A stretch of DNA of 64,000 nucleotides from Lama glama (lineage: Eukaryota), in NCBI GenBank assembly GCA_028534125.1, contig CM052818.1, positions 33,730,001-33,794,000 on the forward strand. Direction: 5' to 3'. The number at the start of each line of letters is the position of its first letter. Within the stretch, counting starts at the first letter, position 1. Of this stretch, positions 30,557 to 43,199 are shown piece by piece. A program made the translations under genes and the position numbers. The notes beneath the pieces were generated by a model, which worked only from the letters and a program-made list of their open reading frames with translations, ran no database searches and was not told where the DNA came from.

Positions 30557-30599
30557 CTGTGAATTTCTGGATGTTTTTCAATTTATGCTGTTTTGAAGT
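30557..30599 (-). CDS. SPATA31H1: SPATA31H1 upstream coding exon (43 nt, phase 0-1)
   Basis: Strong pyrimidine tract plus CTAG acceptor, GTCAGA donor; encodes TSKQHKLKNIQKFT(A), in frame with the next exon. Confidence 0.6.
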
Positions 30600-30719
30600 C
30601 TAGAAAGGCACAAAAAGAAAAAATAAAATCAGGTAATGTTCTAGGTTTATTGAAAGCACATTTCATCTTATAGACACAAATACTGATAGAGTTGGTATCC
30701 ATAACCACAGCAACAGTTA

Positions 30720-31170
30720 CCTCATCCATTTATTCACGAATTATTTATTGAGTACTTACTAGTTCTAGGTATTGTGTGGGGTGCTAGGACTTGAAAGATA
30801 AATATGATCCCTGTATTCTAGGAACTTAAACTAGTAGGGAAAACAGATGTCTAAACAGATAAGTTACAATACCATGTGGTAAATGCTGTAACAGAAATAT
30901 ACGTGTGAGGGAATAAAGAAGACAGTGATTAACTGCTTGGGAGAAAAGGGAAGAATTACTCAAGAAGTTGCCATTTGTATTGGAGTTTGAAGAATCAATA
31001 GAAGGTTTTTAGGTAAAGAAAGAGCATTCCAGGCAAGTGGGAACATCACTAAGAAGATTAGAGAGTCACGATTGTCAGGTGCATTTTTGTTAAGTAGTGA
31101 GAGATGCAGCTGAAAACGTAAGTAGAAGCCAGATTATGCCAGATAATGTGGGATTTTTATTTTTTCCTAT
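30720..31170 (-). mobile_element. LINE-2 3' relic
   Basis: CATCCATTTATTCA...ATTTATTGAGTACTTACTA...GG start typical of a reversed L2 3' end. Confidence 0.55.
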
Positions 31171-31579
31171 AGGTCAGAATTTCCTATCCAGTAGTTAGTA
31201 AACTCCTGGGATTTTTGCAAGGGTGTTCAAGGTCATTTTAAAGGCAGATATGACATTTGTTATTATTTCAAATAAAACATTTTTTAAAATGTCTTCCATT
31301 TAAATCAGGACATCAGTCTCCGAGGGTGTATTAAAAGGGTCTACACAACAATTTAGGGAATTCACAAATATGCTCATGATTCAGTAACCCAGTTTATTAC
31401 TTAGTTGAATAATCCTAGGTACAGTGGTAATTTTGACTTCTAGACAGTTTTAAATTGACCTTATGCTTAGCCATATATTATTTATGTCCATAATGGACTG
31501 TTTATTAAAAACAGAAGCAAAAGGGAAACTGACATTGAAATACAGATTGATGAATGTACAAATGATCTTTCAATATATT

Positions 31580-34500
31580 TACCTTAAAATGATCTTTACA
31601 TATCATAGACCTAAATAATCTCCCACTACAAAACACTTGGCAGTGCTGAATAAAATACAACAAACATCTTTTTAAATAAAGAAATTAGCTCCTTACAAGA
31701 AATTAAGGGAAATCTCCAGGCCAAAAAGAAGGAGAACACTGAAAAACAAGAGTGGAAACTCAAGTTGATACTTCAATGGCTTAGCTCATTTGCTTAGTCA
31801 GCCACTGAGGGGCTTAGGTTAACAGCAAGAGAGAGGCAAAAGACAAGGCACAAAAGACAAGGCCCATATGAAATGGGTATTTGATGAGACCCCAGAAAAA
31901 AGCCAGGATTCTCAAATTGCTACACATTTGGTAAAAATGTGGTTAGAAAAAAATCTGCCCACCAGATAAGGAAGTTTGAGCTCTGGATTGGGAAAAGAAG
32001 TCTTCTCTGAGATTTTTAACCAAGAATCTATTCTCATACTAGTTTAAAATTCTAATTTCTACTCACTTTGCAGTCAGGAACCCTCAAACTGAAAATAAAA
32101 GTGATCCTAGGCTGATAATGCCCCTAGGACCAAAGGTAAAAGTAACTATAAATCTCCTTGAAAACTGAAGTAGAAGAGGAAGGAGAAGGAAAACAGCTTG
32201 AATAACTGGACATTAATACATGTGAAATATGTAATGAGATGGTTAAATTCTTGAAAAAATATAAAATACCAAAATTGGGCAAAAAGAAATAGATTATTTG
32301 AGTAGACCAATAAGTATGAAAGCAATTGAAATGATAATCAAAGACATTCTCCATCAGAGCTAATAAAAGAATTCCCCAGGGTTTCTGAATACCAGAACAA
32401 ATTACCAATATCAGTAGCATTTCTCTACTGCAGAAAAAGAAAAAAAGTAGAAAAATATTTTAGTAATAAAAGATATTCTTCACAGTGGCAATAAAAATGA
32501 TGAAGTGTCAAGGTATTAACCAAGAATACAGAAGACTATCATGTAGAAGACTATAGTACTTTATTAAAGGATACAGAGGATGATCTGAATAAATGGAGAG
32601 ACATTCTAGGCTCTGGTTGGTATAATTTATAATTATAAGGATGTCAGTACTTCCCAAATTAAATTATACTTTAATGCATTCTCAACTCAAATTTCAGTTG
32701 GAATGTTTCAATGACTGTTAAACTCTCTAAAATTGATACAGCAAAATAAAGGTTCACTAACAGCTAAGTCAACCTTAAAAAGAAGAGCAAAGAAAGGACC
32801 AAAAACAAAGATACACTACAAGTCTATGGTAATAAAAACAGGGACAAATAAGCCAATGGAACAGAACAGAGAACTCAAAGAGGGGCTCCTGTATATATAT
32901 ACAGCAACTTAATATGATAGTGGGAGTTCCATAAATCAATAGGGAAAAGATTCTTTAGAAAATAATTGTGAGAAAACTGGCTCACTATAAAAAGAAAAAT
33001 AAAATTGGATCACTTCCTAATACTACTTATAGAAGTGGACTCTAAATATATTTTAAAAACTAAAATCTGTAAGGTTGGACTGGAACATCAAATAAAAGTA
33101 GGAGAAAATCTTTGTCACCTAGGGCATGGGATAACATCTTAAAGAAAACTTCAAACATACAAACTATAAGGGGGAAAAAAATCCAGTGAAGACCCTACCA
33201 CATCCAGCTGGAACCTTAAAATTACAAATCTGCCACTCACTCCTAATCCCAGGGAACTGCAAGGAAAGTTGCCTTGACACTGAGAAGTTCAGAGAACTGG
33301 AGGGAACTCCTGAAAAGTTGTAACTACAGATTGATTTTTGTGTACTTTGCAGCTCAAGTTCACATCATCTGCATGTCCCCCAAAACCCTCAAGCCATGAA
33401 TTTAAAGTGGTCCTGGATTGATGGTACCATAGTCAAAAGCAAATGAGATACTCTCTGAGAAAGATTTTCATCCTAGGCTTCAAAACACTACTATGAATAT
33501 TGCATTTCATTAAATCTAAGATGCTACCAATTGTAAAATGTACTACATTCTACATGCCACCGAGAATTTTTCTAAATCCTGCCAATTAAATTATGAACTA
33601 TTAATTGTGAGCCACATTCCAACTTTAGAAATGTTAAATATTTTAAAATAAGCATGTGTGCAGAAGCAACAGGAAGCAGAAACAAACCTACAGAAATGTC
33701 AGTTATTAAAATTATCAGTTCCAGATTAGAAAACAACAGTGCATATTACATTAAAAGACATAAAAGCCAACCCAAGTTTAAATATTTTTCTAAGGAACAG
33801 GAAACGATAAAAAGTGATCTAGCAGATTTGAAAAATTATCAAATGTTACTTCTAGATATTAAGAATGCAGTACTGAAATTAAAACCTCAGTGAATGAGCT
33901 TAACAGCATTGATAAAATACTTCTGAATAGAGACTTGGTTAAGTATGCACACTGAAATTTCTGGAGTAACCACTAAAAGAACAGAAACAGTACATAACTT
34001 TCAAGGTAGTATAAGAGGGAAAATGGAGAGAAAAAAATCAATCTAAGATTTCTGTTCATAATGTGAATCCTCTGAACAAAAACTACTAGAAAAACTGGAC
34101 AAAAACAAAAATTTAAACATCTATTTGAAGTCACTGGAAAACGATCAAGTTCTGAAATATCATCACAGTCTCAGCAAAGATTCCTCACACTGGAATCAAA
34201 CCAAAAAATATCACTAGCCATAAAAGCAAAAACTGATCAATTGGATTTCATTAAAATTAAGAACTTCTGTTTATTAACACACCATTATGAGTGAAAAGGT
34301 AAGCTACAGAGTGGGAGAATTTATAACTGACAAGACCCATATTCATAATATTGAAAGAATTCCTATAAATCAATAAGTAAAAGGCTGACAATCCAATCTT
34401 TAAAAGTAGGCAAGAGAACTGAACAGATATTTCATAAAAAAAGGATTTCCAAATGACTAATAACCATGAGAAGTTGTTCGGTATCATTAGTCATCAGGGA

Positions 34501-35370
34501 AATGTGCATTAAAACAACAGTGTAATACCAAACATACCCATTAGATTGACTAAAATTTAAGAGATACAATGCCAAGTGTTGGCAAGAATGTGAAGAAAGT
34601 AGAACTGTCATACTCTACTCATGGGAGTTTCAATTGATACAATCACTAGAAAACTGTTTAGCATCATCTGCTAAAATTAAACATGTATACCACATGCCCA
34701 GGCAATTCCTCTCCTATTGGAAATAGGGTTCCACATCAACAGTGTGTTATTTGCAGTCAACATTCCTGAAACCACACCAGAAATTAACACAACATTGTAA
34801 ATCAACTATACTTCAAGAAAAATTTTTTTAAATAGGAGAAAAATCCTGAAACTTTATCTTGTCATTTAAGATAACCAAATTTTTGAAGTCAAAAAAAGAA
34901 ACTACTGCTTTTTTGAAATGCAATATGCAAGAATTCCAGCCACCGGGCCAAGAAAGCAAACTTTTGGTCTATTTTTTATGTCACAACAGGTAAATTACAT
35001 TCTATGTTTCAATATACATTAGGTCCCCAAAGTAACAAGTATGACATTAATGTCACTTTAAAATTTGTTAATTTTAAATTTGTGGATCTTAAAATCATGC
35101 TCAACAAAAGAAGCCAAAAGCAAAAGAACACACCCTGTATGATACCGTTTTTACAAGTCTCAAGAATAGGCCAAACTACTCTAGGACAATAGAGATCAGA
35201 ATGGATGTGGCCTTTGAGTGGGAAGAGAGCAGACTAGAAAAGTATATACAGGAACTTTCCAGGATTATGGCAATGTTATTCCTTGATTGGGACATTAGTT
35301 AATGGGTATACAAACTTATCATAACTCACCAAACTGTACACTTGAGGTCTGTGCATTTTACTGCATATAA
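31580..35370 (+). mobile_element. Cluster of ancient LINE-1 fragments
   Basis: A-rich + strand with ORF2 and 3'UTR-like motifs (for example 32550-33150 and 34230-35370); no intact ORF. Confidence 0.7.
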
Positions 35371-35373
35371 TTA

Positions 35374-35803
35374 CAGGTATCCTCCAATTTTTGAAAGTTT
35401 GCTTTATGCCACTTCCATTTTATGAAAGACCTACATTAGTCCCTGTTTTTGCTAACTGAAAGAAATCCAAAGAGGATTTTTGTTTTTATGAAAAAAAAGA
35501 GGGGGATGAAAAGGCAAAAGCATTCATCATTTGTTTTGCAGTGAACTGCTGTAGAGACAGCGCACTTCCCAGCAGCGAGAATGGCACCACCATTCTCCTT
35601 CCCTGGGAACTGCACTCAGCATCTCAGCATCAAGCCATGGTGGCTTTGAACTGTCCGTGAGCATCTGTGCTTTATCTCAGTTTATTTTGTGCATCTGCTA
35701 GCAACATGTGACCTAGGGTAATTGCTGCTTTCTTTTTACGCCATTTTGGCTTAACAAAAAGATTCATAGGCTTTCTCTGCTTTCGACTCGCAGGGGAAAC
35801 CTG
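35374..35803. mobile_element. Non-autonomous Tc1/mariner (Tigger-like) DNA transposon
   Basis: TA|CAGGTATCC...GGAAACCTG|TA: TA target duplication with imperfect terminal inverted repeats. Confidence 0.55.
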
Positions 35804-38800
35804 TATACCTGAATAAAAAGTATATTTGTTGACAAAGCTTTTTCTTAAATATGCAGTAAGAAATGTTATTATTTCATGTAGAAGAGTGACATTGAGTAGT
35901 TTACAGTATATTTTGTTTTTATTGCTGCATCCTTCTGGGAAAGAAACTAACGTTTCCCCTCACCAAAGAAGGTAGCCAGGCCTTTGTTCTTACCATTTTG
36001 CTTCTCCTAATCCACAGCAGGGAGTTAGTTTTTCGGTGCTGCAAAAATTGGCAGTAACCTCCAACACATGACTTGCCTCAATATATGAGATAACCTTCAT
36101 ATAAGACTAGGCCTGTGGGGGATTTTAAGCTGAATTGTGCCAGAGGTTTAGTGTTTGGTGCTCAGGAGTTAAGAGGTAAACTGACTGCACGAAACTAGGA
36201 AACAACATTGACCCTGCAGGTACACTGCAGGGTAGTGAGGCACTGAGCCTAATGGAATTTATTCCTCCAGATCCTACTTAAGAGCTCAGATCTAGTGGAC
36301 TGGGGGCCTTAGCAAAGGTCTCTGTGATCAAGCTTGGCTCACAACCACAATTTTTGCCTTCAGATAGCAAAGAAGAAAAGCTACAGCTATTCCCATGGCT
36401 AAGGACCTGGCCCCCTGCTATTCTGGATAAATTGTACCCACTCTAGTGTTCTTATATAACACAAAGATTGGGGAAGAAAAACTGATACTGGACTTTTTGC
36501 AAATCTAAGTGATAGGAGGTTTAGGCTGGATTATATTTGATGTAGACAAAGAAATACATTTGCCATTTCTTATACATAAGTGTTCTGGAAAAATTCATAC
36601 CTGTTACAATTAAAGTCAATTAAATATCATGCATCACTTGTCATATGGGAAAAAAATGAACATTTATCTCTTACTGTTAAAGATGATATTAAAATGAACC
36701 TTGCAATTTTAAGAAAACATGCCGCTGTAAAATGAAATACTATTTATCTAAAATCACTTATTAGATATTATGAAAAAGGGACAAAATGATTCTTAAATTC
36801 CTAAGGTACTTAACAAATTCTGGCAATGAAAGAAATTTGAGAGTCCAAAAGTTTACAGGCAGTGGGATGCTGAGAGATTTTGTTTGTTTCTTTAGTTACT
36901 TTTAGCAGAGTGACACGATCAGCTTCGGGAGGTTTTATAAGGTATATGTTGTAGTTTTGTTTTGTAGAGCCAGGGTCTATGCTCTATGCTGGAAAATGTT
37001 TGTAGGAGATGAGTTAGAAAATAGTTCAAGGGGAGTCCCAGTTAAGACAATGATACTGAATCTGGATTGCTACATTTGAGAAATGTTTCTCAGAAAAAAA
37101 AAATGAAAGGACTTTGTGGCCAAATGTATCTATAGCCATGTCTGTTTCCAGGATCTAGTGTCCAGGATGGTGTTGTCCAATAGAATTTTCTATGATGATG
37201 GAAATATTCTATATCTGCTATGATAACCTCTAAGCACATGTGAGCACTTGAAAAGTAGGTAGTGCAATTAAGGAACTGAATTTTAAATTATATTTAATTT
37301 TGGTTAATTTAAATTTAAATGGCCATGCGTGGCCAGTGGATAGTAGATCGGATAGCACAAGTCTAGACCACTAATTGTAGCTGCTTGATGAATATCTCCA
37401 TATACATTTTCTGCCTCCTACCATATTTACAACTTCTGTCAGATGTTTCCTATATAGTTTAAAATGCCATCACCTTGTCGATCATTCAGGGTTAAAATTG
37501 AGAAGTCATTCACTTCACAAATATATATGGAGCACTTACTATATACCAGGTAGTATGCTAGGCAGAGGGGATGTAAAGATGAATAGTCCTTGTAGGAAAA
37601 TGATGATAATGTTTATAGTCAACTCATTGTATTTGAGGTCCAGTCAGGGAAAAAAAAAAAAGACTCAGGCCCTTTGCTCTCTTTCTGCCTCATTTCTCAT
37701 ATCCACATTTTCCCTCAGGATCCTCCTCTTCTTTCACATCCTGGAGGGCAAAGAGTTTTGTCCCTTCCATGTATTGCTGTATCCATAGTGTCTGGAGGAG
37801 TGGCTTATACATGGTGGTGTTGGTGGGTGATAAACATTTGGGGAATTAATCAATGTCCTCTCTTCCATCTTACTGTTTTGATTCTTTCACTTCCTTTTCC
37901 CTCCTTCCCACTAAGTCTTTAACATAGCCTCCTATTGGCTTAGCTACACCAGAGAACTACCATATGCACTTACTGGAGTTATTTAAAGCCTCACACTCAA
38001 AGTGTGGTGCTCAGTTCAACCGCAGTAGTATTACCTGGGAGCTTATTAGAATTGCAGAATCTCAGTCCCTACCCAACACCTACTGAACCAGAATCTGCTT
38101 TTTTAATTAGACCCCCAAATGATAAGTTTGAGAAAAGAAAGTTTAAACTTTTTTAAAGTTTAAAGTATGTACTCTAAAGCACAGATTTAAGCTCATTTTC
38201 ACCTGGCTTTAAAATCTTTGATGTCTTTCAGTTGCAGACAGAATAATATTTATACAAAGTATACAGCCTGGCACTGGAAGCCACCTACAATGTGACCTCT
38301 ATCTATTTTCCAACCTTTTCTCTCACTTTTCTCCAACCAGTTCCCTACACTTCTACACTCCATCCAGATAGGTGCCTTCACCTCTCCTCAAACATAATCA
38401 ATATTCTTCTGCTTCCCACGCTTTCCCCAATCAATTCCTTCTGTCTGGAAAGTCTTCCACTACTCTCCTCTGCCATTCTACCCACATTTAAAATCCTACT
38501 CTTCCTCTGAAGTACAACTCAAATCTAAGCTCCCCCAAAAGGCATTTTGTAGATCCTAGAATACTCTTCACCTCTCATCTCTTTAGCAATATTTAGACCT
38601 CTATTAACTTATCTCTTTCTTTTTCGTTGGGTTATTATATATATGTATATCTATCTGACTTTCTCCCCTGCTATACCTCGAGCTCCTAGAAGCTGGGGAT
38701 GGTATTTTATTCTTCTTCAATGTCTAATACACTACCATATATAACAAGTGCTCAAGGTTGAAAAGAATTGAAAGGAAAAGAATTGAGAGTGACTTATAGG

Positions 38801-40406
38801 AAGACATCCATAGGCACTATTCCAACTTCCCTTTTCCTGCCATTGATTCCTCCCATGACCCAAGATTAGGAATTTCTATGTCTCCAGGGGCAGGGAACAG
38901 CGAATTTCAAGAGAGTGTTGCATCACATACCTCTGAGTCTGTCTTGGCTGCCACATGCTCCCTACTCTTCTTCCCAGAAAACAGCACCCAAAGCCCCCAG
39001 ATAAGGAAACCAGATAATACTAGAAGGCTGACATATGGTGGCAGTGGGATGATCAGCCCCCAAATCGGCGCCATTACTCAACCCCATTCCCTCTCAGCCA
39101 AACAGTTTTCTCCCTTAAAGCTGTGACTCCATATGACATCACAATGGGCATTCCAAGGGTCCAGCCAGTGTGCTTGCTGCTTAAGTCTCTTCTCTGAGCC
39201 ATGCACCTGCTGCCCCTTCCTGCAGCTGCCCTTGAGCTCTACTCTGATGGCCAATGCTCAGGGAATCTACTTTATGATTCTTCTAGGGTTGGGCTGGACC
39301 CCTTGTGATAAACCAGAAAGTATGGAGGCAAGATTTCAAAGGAGCAGGCCTTCCAAGTGGCCTGTTCTGCCCTATAAGCATCTTCTCTGGAGCCAGCACT
39401 CCTTAGAGGGCCAAGTATGGTGTCATATGTTCCAAATCACACATTAGAATACAGGGTGAAGTACATTTTTAAAAGCTGGGGTACTTTAAGTAGATACTTT
39501 CAGAAAATGTGAGAGAGATGGATTTCTAACTCCAAGTCTTGACTCATTTCCTAGATGCTGTTGCATTGAGACAGAGAAGACTATCATATAGGGAAATTAA
39601 ATGACCTTAGAGGATCACAGTAGTCCAGAATTGATGGTCTCCTTTTCCAAGTCTAGAACACTTATTTTGTCACTACACCCAGAATTGACTACATTCTCTA
39701 GAGTTAGTTCACTGAAAACAAAATTTATAAGGAATCAATTTATGTTGTAACAAAGATAAGTAAAACTGGCCAGGGCATTTTTTTCTTACAGAAAAATTAA
39801 TTTGGAAAAGCAAACTCAATTAAAAAATTATTGAATAGCAGGTACTTCTTAGAAAAAGACATACATGGTCTCTCACCTCATAGAATTTTCAGTGTGTTAG
39901 GGCAGCCAAATTCATATTCTTGAAAAGGCCATCAGCAAGGACCTGGTTAAATAAATATGATATATACATATTACAAAACACTCTGCAGTCACTAAAAATC
40001 ACAGTTGTAAAGAATGAGGCCTGTCATACTGAGCACACATTATGTGGCAAGTACTAGTTATATGCCAGCCCGGAATTCTAAAAAAAGATTAGGGCTGGAG
40101 GCAGTTTTGGGTTCTTAAAACATGTATATAGTTCAACAAGAACCTTTTTCTATATGTATACAAAAATGCATTTTTTGTTCTTAAATATTTACTCACCATT
40201 ATGTTTGAATTATCCATGCTATTTTGTATAGCTGAGATGTGTTCACTTTTTTATTTTATTGCATTATATAAGTATTCCATAATTTATTTATCCACTATGA
40301 TGTTGATGGACATTTGACTTGTTTTCCGTGTTTGGCTATTATAAACAGTGCTATTAAAAACATCCTGGTCCATGTGTCTTGGTGGACATATGTTTCTATT
40401 TCTCTA

Positions 40407-40780
40407 TGGCAGGGGTTCTCAAACTTTAACATGCATCAGAATCATTTGGAGGGCTTGTTAAAACAAAGATTGCTGATGGGGGGAGGGTACAGCTCAAGTG
40501 GTAGAGTGCATACTTAGCATGCAGGAGGTCCTGGGTTCAATCCCCAGTGCCTCTATAAGAAAAAAAAAGGTGGGGGGAGAAGGAGGAAGAGGAGGAGGAA
40601 GTGGAGGAGGCGGAAGGAGGAGGTGGGGAAGGGGAAAGGGAAGGAGAAGGAGAAGACAACTGCTGGACCCTAATTGCTAATTGAATAAGTAAGAGTGGAG
40701 CCTAGCAATTTGGCATTTCTAATGAGATTCCAGGTAATGCTGATACTGTAGGCCCAGGAACCACACTTTGAATCACTGCT
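40407..40780. mobile_element. MER5A-like hAT MITE split by a SINE insertion
   Basis: CAGGGGTTCTCAAACTT...CATCAGAATCA...GGAGGGCTTGTTAAAACA left half and CATTTCTAA...CCAGGTAATGCTGAT...ACCACACTTTGA right half. Confidence 0.7.
40477..40660 (+). mobile_element. tRNA-derived SINE (Vic-1-like) with purine-rich (GGA/GGAA) tail
   Basis: A/B boxes, A tail at 40560-40568, then about 90 nt of almost pure G/A. Confidence 0.85.
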
Positions 40781-41059
40781 TTAAGGAGTGGAATTGCTAG
40801 GTTGTGTAACTCAAATTTTAGTAGGCAGTACCAAACTGTTTTTCCTAAGTGGATGTAACATCAATTAACATTTCCACCATTGGTGTATGGCAGATCTTTT
40901 TGCTCTTTTATCATTCCAACATGTGGTATTGTCAGGTGGTTTAATTTTAGCCAATCTGGTATTTATGGTAATGATACTTCATTGTGATTTTAACTTAAAT
41001 TTCTCTGATTACAAATAATTACTAACTTGTGAACACAGCTTCATAAGTTAATTGGACAT

Positions 41060-42960
41060 TTTTTTCTTCAAATGTATTGCTACATTCCAGTTGCCAATAT
41101 TTTGTTTAGGATTATTGTCATCTATTTTCACGTGTGAGGCTGGCCTGTAATTTTCCTCTCTTCTGTTCTTGTCAGGCTTTTGGTATTGAGGTTATGCTAG
41201 ACTCATGAGTTGGAGAATGTTTCCTTTTTGGGTTTTATATTCTGAAAGAGTCTGTATAAGTTTGGAACTCTTTTTCAGCATTTGGTATAACTTATCAGTG
41301 AAGCCATACAAGCCGATAGTTCTTGTTGATGAAGAGTTTTGGCTACAGATTCAATTTATTTGAAGGTGATAATACTATTGAGAATTTGGGGTGGTTTTTT
41401 GAATCAGCCTTGCAGAGTTATATTTTCTAGCAATATTTCCATTTAATTTACATTTTCATATGTATCGACAAAGTTATTCAAACGTAGTAGTGTCTCCTTT
41501 GTTTTTCTGATTGGGTGTTCTCTCTCTCTTTCCTTTTCCTTTATCTAACCTGCTAGAGATTTGTCAGTTTTAATTAATCCCTTCAAAGAACCAACTTCCT
41601 GTATGTTTTCTGTTTCAATAAGTTATGCCTTTGTCTTTAGTATTTCCTTACTTCGGCTTTCTCCCCACCTCCCCAGCTTTATTGAGATGCGACATAAAAC
41701 TACTTCTACTTTCTTTGGATTTATTTTGCTGTTCTTTCTCTAACTTACTTCTTGAGATGACTGCCTAGATCATTGACTTTTAGCTTTTTCATCTAAATTG
41801 TGCATTTGAAGATACAAATTTCTCCTAATTACTACTTTAGCTTTATTCTACCAGTTATGATATGTAAAATTTTTATCATCCTGTTCCAGCTATTTTCTTG
41901 TTTCCATAATGATTTCTTCTTTGATCCGTGGGTTATTTAGTAGTTCATTAAAAGACTTCTAGACATATAGGGCTTGTCTAATTATCTAACAAAGTTGCAT
42001 TGTGATAAGAATATACATTTTAATTTCAACCCTTTGAAATGTTTTAAGACTTTAGTCCCAGTTTATGATTAATTTAAGAAATTCTATGTGCTTAATGATA
42101 AGATGTATTCTGCAAGTGTTAAAAATAGTGTGTCTTCATAAACAAACTTTTGGTTACCAAAAGGGAAAGGGAGTCGGGGAGGGATAAATTAGGAGTATGG
42201 GATTAACAGATACAAACTACTATACATAAAATAGATAAGCAACAAGGATTTACCATATAGCACAGGGAACTATATTCAATATCTTATAATAATCTATTAT
42301 GGAAAATAATTAGAAAAAATACATAAAACTGAATCACTTTGCTGTATACCTTAAACTAATACAATATTGTAAATCAACTATTCTTCAATTTAAAAAAACA
42401 AGATAGAAAAATAGTGTCTTTTCAGAGCTTCCCTTTCTGCCTGTGGGGGAATGGAAGATGGGGAGAATATTGTCTATGTCCATTTGGTCAAATCTGCTAA
42501 TCTTAATGTTCAAATCTATATTACTCCTAAGCTTTCATCTGCTTTTTTCCAAAGGTTACTACACAATGTGTAAAATTTCTCACTATGATTGTGGATTTAT
42601 TTCTCCTTTGAGTACTGCAGAGTTTTGCTCTATATATTTTGTTATTTAAAATCATAATTTATTCCTGGTGAATTAAATATTTTATTACTATGAAGACCCT
42701 CTTTGTCTCTAGTATAATGTTTTCTGACTTAAGTTATTATGTCGGATATTAATATTGCTATAGAATTTTCATTTGGTTGGCATTTGCACAGTATATCTTC
42801 CCACTCTTTTACTTTCAACCTTTCTATATCCCTTTGTCATATTATTGGATGCAAAATAAACTGAAATCTAAATATACGTTATTTTCCATCTAAAGTAGAT
42901 TTTAACTAGAGCATTTATTCCACTTACATTTAATGTAATTACTAAAACATTTGGGCCAAA
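41060..42960 (-). mobile_element. Ancient LINE-1 ORF2 fragment
   Basis: T-rich + strand with reversed ORF2 motifs; degenerate. Confidence 0.65.
42137..42405 (+). mobile_element. 5'-truncated artiodactyl-type LINE-1 3' end
   Basis: GGGATAAATTAGGAG...AGCACAGGGAACTATATTCAATATCTT...CTGAATCACTTTGCTGTA...GTAAATCAACTAT plus A tail; flanked by an AAAATAGTGT repeat. Confidence 0.8.
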
Positions 42961-43199
42961 ATCTACCCTTTTAGAGGGTGGAAAATATTTAACAAATGAT
43001 TGGCAAAGACCCTGAGTCTAAGAACAAAAATCTAACCACTCAGAATGAAGCTGGCCAGTATGCAGTACTCAGACTCTAGGCTGTATGTCAGACTGCCCTG
43101 TGGGGAAAAGATCAATGAAATCTGGGCTATATCACTACCCATTTATACCATTAACTACCATTAACAAGAAATATTTAAAATTTTACATAATTTGAAGCT

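Noticed and set aside
35994..36100. ATG at 36098-36100 (MKVISYIEASHVLEV...) as the SPATA31H1 start
   Set aside because: It reaches the donor in phase 2, which is incompatible with the phase-0 exon at 30599 unless an unseen exon intervenes.
38878..39447. Possible GCKR terminal exons or SPATA31H1 first exon in this unique GC-richer patch
   Set aside because: No GKRP-like peptide or convincing splice pattern found by eye.
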